DNA of 64,000 bases from Octopus sinensis (Eukaryota): NCBI RefSeq assembly GCF_006345805.1, contig NC_043009.1, positions 70,990,001 to 71,054,000 of the forward strand. The letters are read 5' to 3'. A model generated the notes under the pieces. The model searched no databases, was not told the DNA's origin, and saw only the letters and a list, made by a program, of their open reading frames with translations. Below are positions 13,596 to 26,190 of this stretch, piece by piece; the first letter of the stretch is position 1, and every line of letters starts with the position of its first letter. A program made the position numbers and the translations under genes.

Positions 13596-14699
13596 AGAGG
13601 TGGGGAGAAAGAGACAGAGACGACAGCGGGAAAGCAGTCTGTACTTCCAAATGAACAGACACGTACTGTGAGAATGTCAAAACTTACGATGTTTGTATTG
13701 AGAGAGTATCTTTCATTGGTGGGTAGTGCTAAAAATCACACAAAACTATCATCAACCGTCGAAAAAATGTTAGCACTGGTGGTGCAACCGCTAGATCCAT
13801 TGATTTTCACCTTAAGCTTAGAGAAATCTCATCATTAGTGATTTAAAAAATTAGTGAGTGATCACTCAATGGTATCTCAAATAGCTGGCGGACTTTATAA
13901 AATTTAGCTATCAGCTAAGCGTCGGAGAACAATGAGAAAATTATGGTGCTCAACTTCGCTCAAAGTTTGCTCAAATTGACTGTGATACGAAGGTGTGTTA
14001 CAACTTCAGTGCTGTTGGAACCAATTCCATGGGCATTGATGTTAAGCAGGAGTGGGATACATCTGTACAAATGTTGTTGCCTATATACTTTGATTGTTTA
14101 GCATTTAAGTCAGGTGATTTTGGTGCATTGTTCCTTTTATCTACATCCGGTATCTACATCCGGTATACGGTTTTTTTCTCAACTGTTTTAAAGCTGACTC
14201 AAAATCTTTATCTCTCTTCTTTGCTAACGATTTCGTTTCTATCATTCTCTTTGAAGACAATACTCAGAAAAAAATGGACTTATCATTTCGCGCCTCTAAG
14301 CTTTCAATAAGCTTGAAGAATCCTTAAGGGATGTTTACACATGAGCCAAGGGCAACTGTGGGAGACCAAATATACTTGTCCAAAGGACCGTACTTAATAT
14401 AGTAGATTTTGTGTGTGTGTGTGAGTGTGTGTCTGCGAGCGTGCACACCCGCGCAGGTGTGTATTTTGTCACTTCTTTTTCAAGGAATGGATTTCGAAAT
14501 CGAGACGACTTCGCTTACGTTGAGACCCCGAAGAAACGAGTCTGGTGCGACACAGACTTGCAGCATTCCACAGAACTTTGCATCCTATACATACATCATC
14601 ATATCTTTAGTATGCTTACTAGACACATCAACAACCTATCGACGATACAAGAAAATACTCGGAAGATTTCATAGTATTAAATATTAATGGGAAATCTTA

Positions 14700-14775
14700 T
14701 AACTTTAACCGAAACCTCCTAACCATAAGCCCTAATCTCCAACCCTAATCCTAACCCCAACGCTAACTCTAATCT
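14700..14775. repeat. Degenerate (CCCTAA)-like hexamer run
   Basis: CCTAACC, CCCTAATC, ACCCTAATCCTAACCCCAACGCTAACTCTAA. Confidence 0.6.
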
Positions 14776-15194
14776 TTTACATACATACAAACGGCACGAA
14801 CAGAGCATAGCCGCCTTTCATATTCAAAATTGTGTTCATCTACAGCAGGAATGTATAACGGGCAAGAATAGGCGAAAAGGCATGAAACTACATACGGACA
14901 ATTACTGCATAGACTGGACCAGATACAGAGCTGGAATCGAGGTAAACAAAAGTTGCTCACGGACAATGAACCGGTCAAGCTAATGACAGAGGAAGGCAAA
15001 AGATGGACAGGAGGTTGTGAATGGCATCAAAGCGTTTATGCATTAATTATGCAGAATTACGTATCGAAATAATTCAGTAGAAAAAACAGGAATATCGGAA
15101 AACTTAATTATTTTTGTGATCGTTTCTGTATAATTAATGAATAAATGCTTTGATGGCCTAAACAACCACCAGGCAATCTTTTATTATACATTGA

Positions 15195-15398
15195 TGTGTC
15201 TTTTACCATTTCTATGTGTCAGTCATTGGGTTCCGGCCATGCTGTGCTACCAGCTTGAACGATGTAGACGGACAAATCGACACCAGCGCTTACTCTTTAG
15301 GTCCGGCACTTCTGTATGTGACTTTTCCAGAACCGCTAAGTTACCTGGACGTAAATAAAGGAACACCGGTTGCCATGCGATGGTGGAGACAAGCACAA

Positions 15399-15429
<31 letters not shown>

Positions 15430-15570
15430 AGCATATATATATATATACTTGGCTACCAAATCCATTGCCCCGAGGCTATAGCAGCAGACTACTGGCCTTG
15501 ATGCCTCGCAGTGGGACTGAACTTTAGGGCCCATAGTTGGGAATCGAGATTCTTAACTGTACATCCACGA
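15195..15570 (-). mobile_element. CORE-type tRNA SINE, family B, diverged
   Basis: Colinear with 50941-51348, including the internal (CA)n/(TA)n tract and GCAGTGGGACTGAAC head. Confidence 0.7.
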
Positions 15571-15589
15571 CACCGCCTAATGTGTATAC

Positions 15590-15643
<54 letters not shown>

Positions 15644-15717
15644 TGTATATGTGTGTATGCGTGTTGTGTGCGTGTGTGTCTATATGTATACATACATACA
15701 TACATATATATATACAA

Positions 15718-15750
<33 letters not shown>

Positions 15751-15772
15751 GTGTGTGTGTGTGTGTGTGTGT

Positions 15773-15812
<40 letters not shown>

Positions 15813-16073
15813 TGTGTATGTGTGTGTGTGTATGGGTAAGCACATAAATGCAAAGCAAGTTGGACACAATAGTGCTCGAATATCGAAGATAGAGTTATAT
15901 GCTTTTATTAAAGCTGAAAATGTCTTCATAAACTGTTACTCGGAGTTTCGCTTTCGCGTTCGTCGAACTTTTGTGATTATGTTGTACTCTATGATCGCAA
16001 GTGTCTGATGAACGGTAACGTGAAACTGTGAGTAAAAGTTTGTGAGGTTTGTTTGAGATTTGATATATGTAAA

Positions 16074-16294
16074 TATGATGGGACGCTGAAAAGCTCCTGG
16101 CTTTAAGGGTATTGTGAAAAGTCCAGTTGGTGGCCCGACCTTCCGAGTTCTTTCACAGATCTTAGAAAAACTGAAAGACCGCTGCATTAAGTGTGTGAAT
16201 CTGAGAGGGGAATATGTTGAATAAAATCATAAGTAACTGATCCTCCTGTATTTTCTGTTACCCAAAGCCAGGAACTTCTCAGCACCCACCTTGT
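16074..16294 (+). mobile_element. Tc1/mariner internal-deletion derivative (MITE-like)
   Basis: Inverted termini GCTGAAAAGCTCCTGGCTTT and AAAGCCAGGAACTTCTCAGC (18/20 match). 16162-16224 encodes LEKLKDRCIKCVNLRGEYVE*, a mariner transposase C-terminus. Confidence 0.85.
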
Positions 16295-16972
16295 CTCTCT
16301 CTATATATATATGTTCCTACACACGCATTGCAATGTAAACTGCGGCTGCATGGCTTCCTTGAGAACCGTGAATATTCTTGTTTCTACGGCCCTTCTTCTG
16401 GGACATCGCAAGCGAGAAAACTGCATAGCTGTTATCAATGCGTATCATGCCTCAAACATCGCAACCAAAGTTCTACTATCTGCTCGTGGCACCAGTAAAG
16501 CTTCACATAGGGTGGGAAAACAGATGAAATGGGGGTGTAAGATGTACCTAAATATAATTTTTTTATTGTAAGCCTCATTGGGTTGCCATGAGTGTCAGGT
16601 CCACTATATCAGAGGCCGTTCAAGCAGAAACGAGAAAAATAAAGATGACCTGTGATCACAAGCAAAACAGCTCTGAAAAGAAAATACTTATCTCAAGTAG
16701 GTTTACACACACATGTAAGACACATAGTGATGCAAGTAGACATATGCAAGATGATGGATGGCCATAACCTTCTCAACATTTGACAGGTTTCGTCCTCATT
16801 CAGCCAAGTCTCCGATATTGATTCTCCCCGCCAAAAGGGTCGAGTATCTTCTATATGTGCGCATGTGTTCTCTGTGTGTGTATGTGAGAAAGTTGTGTGT
16901 ATATGTGTGTATTTTTGTGTGTGTGAGTGTGTCTGTGCCTGTGTCTGTGTGTGTATGTGTGTGCGTATGTCT

Positions 16973-17021
<49 letters not shown>

Positions 17022-17170
17022 TAAAGATTAACAAAAATAATAACGAAGTCTCCAATGTCATCAATGACGTGAAATTTGTTTCAATCCTGGGTATAATCCT
17101 ATTGAAAAAACAAAGTGTCTTGTTATAACGAAATTACTTACATCGAATAATTCCGAACGTCTAAAACTAC

Positions 17171-17507
17171 GTAACCCCTAGCAACCAAATTTTTTCACTA
17201 CAACAAAATAAATTAAGTTTTAATATTTTTGAGACAACAGTCGTGTAAGGTCAGACGGACAGATAATATAGAATATCGTTTGGAGTTGGGCCAAATCGAG
17301 GGTTCCCCTTAATAGAGAGTGAAACGATATATTAATATGCAAAGAGCGAGACGAGAAGGAAAAATGGAAAGTTGTCCGCCTCTGTTGTTTGCCATTTTAT
17401 ATTTTATAGTCCGAAAGAGAAATTTCAAAATAGTCAAAACAAAACAGTTCGATTCACCTTGTTCGCTGCGCATGCGCTAAAATATGCAAATTTCATTGGT
17501 CAGGTCA
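17171..17507. promoter_or_regulatory. Putative regulatory motif cluster (RFX X-box, NRF1-like, octamer, CCAAT)
   Basis: GTAACCCCTAGCAAC (17171-17185), TGCGCATGCGCT (17467-17478), ATGCAAAT (17484-17491), ATTGG (17495-17499). Motif matches only. Confidence 0.3.
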
Positions 17508-17809
17508 GCAAGGAAACAAATTATTAATTCATAGGGACATTAATAGACTTGAAAGCATTCCAACCGTGACCAACCATTCTTTTATATTGAGATGTTTTCA
17601 CATTAGTAAACATACAGTTGTATGTGTGTATTCGGTGTGTGTGCGTGTGCGTGTGCGTGTATCTGTCTGTGTGTGCACTCACGTCATATACATACAGATA
17701 TTTATATATGCATGTATGCATACACATATATATAAATATATATCTCATACATACATACATACATACATATTTTCAAATATGAATTAGAAGCAAGGCGTGT
17801 GTTGTTAAC

Positions 17810-18254
17810 ATTATCCAACACACGCACACAACGTATATGCTTTGCTTGTTCGCCGGTCGGCTGCGATTTGACGCGGTAGAGATGACTCTCACAAAGCGCC
17901 GGGTTTTAAAACAGCTGAAAGTCACAGTCATGGACAGGTTAGACGACTAACTCCAAGTCCCATTTAGGAGGGATGGGCATCGATGTTTCTCCATTTTTGT
18001 GATTTAACAACATCGCGTACATGAACCGAAGCAGAGGCAAATTGCATGTGCCTCTCTATGACTATATTAAAAATGGTGTAACAACTGTGATGCCCGAACG
18101 ATGTAGACGGGAGCGGAGTTGTCTCAGCTGTCTATAAATATGACTTTCAGGTGTTTTAACGCGCGGCACTTCGAGAGAGTCAGCTCCGCCGCGTCAAATC
18201 GCGGCCGACTGACGAACAAACAAAACACGTAGATTGTGTACGTGTGTTGGATAA
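17810..18254. mobile_element. MITE/fold-back-like element with ~115-bp inverted arms
   Basis: 17810-17924 is the reverse complement of 18141-18254 at roughly 80% identity by eye (ATTATCCAACACACG...GCGATTTGACGCGG...TGAAAGTCA). Confidence 0.8.
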
Positions 18255-18298
18255 TACATACATTCGTATGTGTGTATGTGTGTGTATGTGTGTGTGTG

Positions 18299-18332
<34 letters not shown>

Positions 18333-18404
18333 GTGCGTGCATTATCCAACACACCTATACACACACACAACACGTACACGCACTGACACATACACACATA
18401 TAAA

Positions 18405-18810
18405 TCTTTTATCTTTTACTTGTTTCAATCATTAGACTGTGACCATACTGGGGCGCCACCTTGAAGAATCTTTTGGTCGAATCGACGACACCAGGACTTA
18501 TTGTATCGTTAAGCCTGGTACGTATTCTATCGGTCTCTTAGGTCGAACAGCTAAGTTAAGCACACCAACACTGGTTGTCAAACGGTGGTGGCGGGGAGAA
18601 ACATAGGCATGAAGACACACACAAAAGAACACACGCGCACACACATGCACACACACACACACACACGCACACACACACTCACTCACACACACACACACAC
18701 ACACACATACACACACACACACACATATATATATATGTATATATATATACGACGCGCTTCTTTCCGTTTCCGTCTATCAAATTAACTCATAAGTATTTGG
18801 TCGGCACGAG
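18405..18810 (-). mobile_element. CORE-type tRNA SINE, family B, head truncated
   Basis: Colinear with 50941-51260. Confidence 0.75.
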
Positions 18811-19489
18811 TAGCATTAATAGCATTTACAGTAGCAGGAGCAATAGCAGCAGGAGTAGTAGTTGTTGTTGTTGTTGTAGTAGTAGTAGTAGTAGTAGTAG
18901 TAACGTTGCTCTTACTACGAGACTTTCCCCACAAGACAACCTGGTAGAACAAGCTTAGAATCAATAAAAATAAAATAGAATAGAATAACATAAAATAAAA
19001 TAAAATTTTAACAAAACCCAATCCAACCATCATTGAAGAGATTTCTATTACTGCCCAAGACATCGTTACTTCTTTTAAGAAGGCAGCTTACGATTCGAAA
19101 GAAGAGTGACTGCGATCTCTCGCAGGTCATGCCACCACGAAAAGACTTCACCTGTTGGATTGCAGGCGTTATTAATCACGGACGACGTTGGCGTAGAATA
19201 AATTGTGCGGCTTAATAAGAATGGCACCGACATTTCATTCTTCTTCTATTCCAAGCTTTAAACCTTTTATTAATGCGAACCCTGTATTCGACGATGGACA
19301 TACACTTCTATTATAAATTGACTTCCTCCTAAATTCAAATACCTAATAATTGGCTATGCCTTTCATCTTTGCTGTATAGACGCTTGCGGTATTGGGGAAG
19401 AGGGGTAATTGATTTCATCAATTACACTCATCACCTATCTAATTTGGCGCTGTGCCTGCGGAAAAGCAATCAATAATTTAATGAGATGA

Positions 19490-19650
19490 AGGTATGGATT
19501 GCAAGAATCGTTAGTATCTGATAAAAGACCCTGTGGTATTTCCTCGAGCGTTTCAAGTTTCGAAGTTCGAATTCCGCTGAGTTCAGCTCCACCGTTCATC
19601 GTCCTGGGATCGATAAAATAGGTGCAAATCAATTGCTGTGGCCGACGTTG
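19490..19650 (+). mobile_element. tRNA-derived SINE, family A, diverged
   Basis: GCAAGAATCGTTAG...GAAGTTCGAATTCCGCTGAG...GGATCGATAAAATAGG. Confidence 0.55.
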
Positions 19651-19877
19651 TCGCTTGTTCTTTCTCTCTTCCTACATTATAAATAATTATCATCTGCGTT
19701 TGCTGTTTATTGAACGTATTTCGCTTTTTTTATGAATATTACTGAGGTTTAGTTAATCTAAAGAAGTCTTTCATTGTCATTATCAATATTATTATTATTT
19801 GGTGAAATCTCTCAGGATTTTTTGCTGGGTATGATGGAAAATGTCAGCAGACTAGGCTATTATTATTATTATTATTA

Positions 19878-20362
19878 TTGAGTGAGAGAGCAGTGCATGC
19901 CATCAAAGTGACACTGGGGTAAAATATACGAAGCCCAGTATACCCATCATGACTACTCGTCTGATAAGGGCACACCAGGCACATGCATCACAACCATATG
20001 TGCGCGACATGGTGATCTCATATCAAGATAAACAGCACATGACCTTGCAGGTGGGACCCAGTTAGAATTTTCTTCAGGTTGAGTAGCCCATCCCGCTCAA
20101 AAGGTCCCTGAATAAGAGTTGTTTAAGGATGTTGAACGAACCACCCATGTTTCCAAAGGTGAATTATCCAAACCCCAAAGAATCCCTCTCAACACATGGC
20201 TATGATGCTCCCCCACTACTTCTGCTCGTGATCAGAGATGCACCTATCGTCAGCCACCAGGGACATGCTCAACTGGTTAAGGTTAAACAACTGACAAGCA
20301 AATCTGTGGTATTGAGCAGAATATTTGCTGTAGCCCATCTTTTATACCAAGACAAAACAATG
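19878..20362 (-). mobile_element. ~480-bp dispersed repeat, probably a retroposon 3' part
   Basis: Second copy at 4805-5010. Abuts an (ATT)n run on its left, which reads as an (AAT)n 3' tail on the minus strand. Confidence 0.8.
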
Positions 20363-20457
<95 letters not shown>

Positions 20458-20464
20458 TATCATT

Positions 20465-20880
20465 GGGCAGGCAAGGCAGTTTTCCTTTGCCTGGTGGCTG
20501 TAGCGAAAGAGGTTGTTTGGTGGACAAGGCTGAAAGGCCTGAGGACAGATACATTCCTCTCCGGTAAAGCTCTGATTGACTTCTTCAAGTGAAACTTGAA
20601 AAGGAAACTGAAGATGGGGAAGGAAGTGCTGTCCTTGGGTGAGTTTATTGAAAGATGGGTGAAAGTTGCGAAAATGGCAAAAGTGGATGGTGTAGACATG
20701 TGAGTCCGAGAGAAGGAATTGGAGAGGGCACTTGCACCTAGGGTTTCAGAGAATTCTCGGACAGTGGGGTTTCTCAATTATCCCGAAAGGCGTTCCTGTA
20801 TCAGGAGGGCCACATCACTATCATCTTCCCCGCCATTTTTCTCACCTTTGTATGCTATGCATATGTCCTTTCTTTTTCAA
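20465..20880 (+). mobile_element. Tx1/L1-clade LINE, ORF2 C-terminus and 3' UTR
   Basis: AVFLCLVAVAKEVVWWTRLKGLRTDTFLSGKALIDFFK*NLKRKLKMGKEVLSLGEFIERWVKVA resembles the L1/Tx1 ORF2 end (AK..IW..R ... F..RW). Confidence 0.72.
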
Positions 20881-20889
20881 TTTTCTGTT

Positions 20890-23160
20890 CCCTTTTTGAT
20901 CATTTCAAGTGCTCCTACAACCACTGGTACAGTAACCGTCTTGCGATGTCACATTTTTTCGATTTCAATCAGAAAATCTTTATATTTTCTGAGCTTATGA
21001 AATTCTTTTGCTGAAATATTATGATCACAGGGTATGCTTATGTCAATCGATAAAGAGTTTATTGTTTTGGTCTTTCACAACAATATCTGATTTATTAGCT
21101 TTGACGGTCCGCTCTGTACATACTGGAAAGTCCCAAAGAATCGATATAGTTTCTCCTTCAGTTACAGCCTCAGGATGATGCTTATAGTCAGCAATTTTTA
21201 TTTTATAATGCCGACATATCCAGTGTAGATATTGGCCAGCTCTGTCATGTCTGAATTTATTCTCTACTGCTGCTAAAACCTTACACCCAGAGATTAGGTG
21301 GTCCACTGTTTCAATTTCATCGTTGCAGTATCGGCACTTGGGTCTGCTCCATTCTTCGTCCCGTTGGGTTGATAGTTCTGGATCATTAAGCTTTGATCTT
21401 GGGCAGCCAAGATAAAGCGTTCGCTCTCAGCCAATTGTTCAAACGCTTTTTGCTTTACCATTGACTTCACCTTCTCTGCAACAACAGTTGCTGCACTTAC
21501 ATCATGCTGTTCAATCTGGATATTATGCATGGACTCGTTAATAGAACTTTTGCGCTCCTTCATGACAGAATGAAGCTTCTTATGTCTCTCGTTGTTTTCA
21601 ACGAGTTTTAGCATCCAGTCTTTAGATGTTTCAAAATATTTCGCCTTTCCAATTCTGGTGGTTTTGCATTTTATTGCAAAGCATTAGCTTACAGATTTTC
21701 CTGTAAATCTTAATTCACTCATATTCCAGTTCAATACATTGGAACTATAGATAACAACTGGAACTGCGAAAGAATTTATAGCTAACACCTTGCTACGTAC
21801 ATTTAAGTCGGATTTGGGGACGGTTCGATCTCTCCTGTAACATTCCGTTCTGATCTTCTCTTACATGTTTGCATGTTGAATGCCAGATCCCTCATTTATT
21901 TCGAGGTATTTCTAAGTTTGTTCCTGCTCCAGTTGTTTTATGATTGTGTCAACATATAACACCACTGAATGTGAGGTCTTCAATTTCAAAGACCAAATTC
22001 CATCCCGATGTCACCACTGAATGCTTTCGCAGGCAATAAACCTTCAAGCTCATTATCGCCTTTGCCATAGAGTTTTAAGTCATCCATATAAAATAGATGA
22101 CTTATTCTCTTTCTTGTGGCCAATTCTATACCCATACCTTGTTCTGTCAAGTTCACTTGTAGGAAGTATTGGGGCCATGAGTCACATAGGAAAATGCCGC
22201 GGATGATATTAATATTTTTTGTGGTGAGTACGCCCATTAAAGTGGTATAATTGGAGATTCGTATTCCACACTAACGTGTTGTGCTTCAGGAAGTTTGAAA
22301 TCACAGGAGATATTTTGAAGATATCCAGCGATTTCAAGATCCATGAATGCGGTATGCTGTCAAAGTCCATTTTTTAATGAATCCTTGCAGAACTGACATT
22401 TCTGCGTTTGTTATGACAGTTCTCAAAGACCAAGTGATTGATCAAGAGTTGGTTTTTGCATCTACATGAACCTCGTCGGCACACTCTTTGTTCAGTGGCA
22501 AAAAATGGTTCTATTCCATAAATTTGTATGATTCCTCCACGAGGATGGATGTTAAAATGTTATACGTGGCAGATAGACATGTTATGGGCCGATAGTTTTG
22601 GAGAAATTTCATTATTCTTTGGAAGTAGATGAGTAATTCCTGTTGCTAAACAATCAGGATTTTCCTTAAGATCTCTCATAATTTCATTGAATAACTGAAC
22701 TAACTTTTCGCCTGCGCACGGGAGCGATGCGAACCAGAAATCTGGCACTCTATCATAACCAGTGGATTTCTACTTATGAGCCTTTGTGAGTGTCATCCTT
22801 AGGTCTGCTTTTGTGATGTCTTCCCATGCCAGTTCTGGTAAATTTTGGTTGGATCCGTCTGTGCGTCGAATGCAGTCTAAATTTTTATTACATGTCTTCA
22901 TCACTCCAAACATTTTCCCTGGGAGGTTTCTCTTCTCAAATCTTCGTATTCTTGTCATTATCATTATTATCATTATAATATTTTTATAATTATTATTATT
23001 ATTTTGCTTGGAGTTGTTGTTGTTGTTCTTTGGAACCAAAGGATTTCTGAAACTGCGGTATCTTTTCCCCATTACTTCTTGGTTAACAATATGCATTTCT
23101 TTTTGTGATTTAAATTCTTTCAATTTATATTTTTCTCGCATCTTTAAGATTCTGATAGTG
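20890..23160 (-). mobile_element. R4/Dong-clade LINE (RT, CCHC finger, restriction-like endonuclease), degenerate
   Basis: In order on the minus strand: AHKWKSTGYDRVPDFWF, RGIF..DS, RISHLFYMDDLKLYGK (YMDD), ESERFILAAQDQSL, DHLISGCKVLA...RHD, ILWDFPV.TERTVKANKSDIVV, IDISIPCDHNISAKEFHKLRKYKD, VPVVVGAL. Multiple frameshifts. Confidence 0.92.
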
Positions 23161-24939
23161 TTGCAGGAGAGGCAGTTGTCAAATGTTAATAGTTAGCATT
23201 GATCATACTCCCAAAGAAAAAAAAACTGGCGAAAATATCAATATGGAATTTTTAAATTACAACAGAAAAAGCGAAATTAACCGCATTGATAAAGCAAACC
23301 TAACAAGTATTCTGACATGAAGAAACATATTTTGTATTCTAAATGTAAACAATATATACGCCTATATATACTTACAATGTGTACTACAATAATATTAGTT
23401 TCACTAGCATTATTAACCAAAGGAAATCTGACTTGTTTCCAGGGCAGAAAAGACTATGGGTTTTGTATACTAACAGAATACTAACAGCTTGCTTCAAGAA
23501 CTGGCAAGATAAGGACATTGTCATAGTTTTCCTTCGATAAATGGAATGTCGTCCTTATGCACTTGAAACAACTGGACGTATGTCCAGTAACGAAAGTGTA
23601 GGACATCTCCTCCATCGACGGAGCAAGGACTACGATGGACTGTATGCATATTATTGAAAAACAAGGATAAAGGAAAAGCAACCGACTGACACACTTGTTC
23701 GTTCCTCAATAATTGTGGCCGTGAGACACAAGCGTCACAATAAAAGATGCTGGAGAGAGTATTGATCTTTGGTACCTCGTCAATTATAGGGTACAGTATG
23801 AACTTGTGATAGTCTCAGACATAGTCGTATATATCTAATTGGGTAGGGTCACTTGTGAATTCAGAGCTATTTCTTAAAGTTCTACTAAAGCACTGGGGCC
23901 AATGATATACACTAAACACCCTTCCTTCCAAATTGTTGTCCACGTTCTTGCAACATAAACTATTATTATTAAAGAAGTATCATTAAGAATGTTTTGAACC
24001 AATACAAAGCAATTGCATCGTTCACAGCTTGACGTGTTAACATTTTTTTTTTCAAATCTATTCAGACTCTCACAAGAAAATATCATTTTATCTGTGGAAC
24101 CTTCACAACTGTTTATTGATCATCAATATTTTTATTCTTATCCTTCAGATTCTTTGTCTAAAAACTGGTAAAGAATGAGTAGAAGCAAATTGTCGAAAAT
24201 ATGAAGCTCCTGCCGTACTTTTGTATTTCCCTTCGTTTTTAAAAATAAATCCAAGAACGTAACATCAATAAATCATTCACAGATTTCTCTCGATTCGTTT
24301 AGATTAAAGAATCGGCGTATTTTTTAGCGTTATCACTTTTTGTGAAACAGACATTTAAGTATCGATTACCCGAGTTAAACTAGTTTTGAATTGGCAAAAA
24401 AAAATTATTATTATTCAATGTAAGAAATCATTATGTACCACTACCTATTTGTGATCTTCCTGCATTGAGTTCAAGTTCTCCTCATAGATAAATAGGAAAA
24501 CATATGTAACAAGGTACAACTCGTGGTACTTACTCTTGTATTAAAATCAGGATGAAACCTTTGTCATAATCAATAGTTTAGAGAAGCACTTACTGTGTTC
24601 TCGTGTCACAGCTGGATACATTATTTTGGTGCATGACTTATTCGCTGATCACCGGGGGCCAAAATCGTATTGACCAGGAAAGTAAAATTACGGGAAACTA
24701 AATGGCAGGAATGAAAACTTATTGAAAACTCTGCCACGACACATTTGTCGAATGTCATCGCAACTAGGGCACCGCCATCTAGGTCAGAGTTCAACTCAAC
24801 AAATATGTAAGCAAATTGTAGAATCAATGAAATCGCTTTCTTTTACCAATTTCTTCGAGTGCAGCATTGTGAAAAGTAAAGGCAACTCCGATCAAATTGG
24901 ATTTGAGAGTCGAAAGTGGTATTTAAATGTTTTTTGTTT

Positions 24940-25150
24940 CTATCTTTAAATTGTTTCAGTCTTTGGATCGTGGCCATGCTGGAGCATCTCCTTGAAGGGC
25001 TTAGTCGAACAAATTTACCCCACTAATAATTTTTAAAACCTTAGTACTCATTCTATCGTTCCGTTTAGCAGAACTACAAAATTTGGAGAACGTAAACAAA
25101 CCAACACCGAATGTTAGGCGGAATTGGGGTTAATACAAGTACAAAGACGT
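24940..25150 (-). mobile_element. CORE-type tRNA SINE, family B, 3' part
   Basis: GGCCATGCTGGAGCATCTCCTTGAAGGGCTTAGTCGAACAAAT... matches the family B 3' region. Confidence 0.65.
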
Positions 25151-25167
25151 GCGCGCGCGCACACAAC

Positions 25168-25198
<31 letters not shown>

Positions 25199-25924
25199 CA
25201 CTACTCACGCTTACTACAACTTCATACCAAGAGCTACTCATAACCAACAGCTACTGAATTGAAACGAAGTAAATCAGTTCAGACTTGTCTATCAGCCACC
25301 GATTCCGACACCATTTTAGGAAAGGAAAGATCCATTGGACAGTATCTAAGATATACAAAGAAGTGAGATTGGACTATAAAACCAAAAAGTGGGTGAAATT
25401 ATCCTGGCCGTCAAAAATCCTGCTCATTCTTCCGGCTGCAATATTTCCGTTTAAGGTTGAATGAAATGTTAAGAGGTTTCTTCCTTGTTCCTTCTGAGAA
25501 TTGTTTTTTTTTTTAATGCTAATGAGTTTCCGTTGGAGTTATGTTTAATTAGTTAACAATTACGTTCACTTCATTACCTCACGTTTGGAAGTTTGGTAGT
25601 CTTACTCTATTACCGAGACAGCTTGACTAAATAGTTACTGACGGAGTCTAACAAAAGAAGTCTAAATATCAGACATGAAATTAATCTGGTTCACGTTATG
25701 GAGATACTTCATTACCGTTAATATGGCTTCGTTGAAACTCTGGATGGTTTCTTGCTATACACAGACGCCAGATATACAAATATATTGAAAGGTCTTCTCT
25801 GTGGTCAATGGCCGTCTTGAAATAACATTGGAATGTCCTTCAAATCTCCTCCTAAATTTTTATATGAGAACTGTCCTACATTCTCCTAACAATGTGGTTT
25901 GATTTTTGTATAGAAAGCATTGCA

Positions 25925-26190
25925 TTCTCGTCGTCGTCGCAATGACGCGTACACTTGCAGCGCATTGATGATGCCAAAACGAAAGTCTTCCTTTGAAGCG
26001 CGAATTCTTCAGTTGCTCATTCCCCACTTGCCCAACCAGTTCTTGATATTTCCCATTCATTGCCTTCATTGCCTGCCACTTGATCTACGACTCTTCCAAA
26101 ACTCTGCTTCTTCGAATATGACCACAATAGTTGATGTTGTCTTTCCTCTATACGTTGTAACTCCCCATTCACTTGACCGACGGTGCTTGT
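25925..26190 (-). mobile_element. RTE-clade LINE 3' fragment
   Basis: Minus strand reads NYCGHIRRSRVLEES, then GRQ*RQ*MGNIKNWLG...IINAL, like the RTE C-terminal FGHI.R...GR.R.RW.D.IK.W. Confidence 0.6.
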
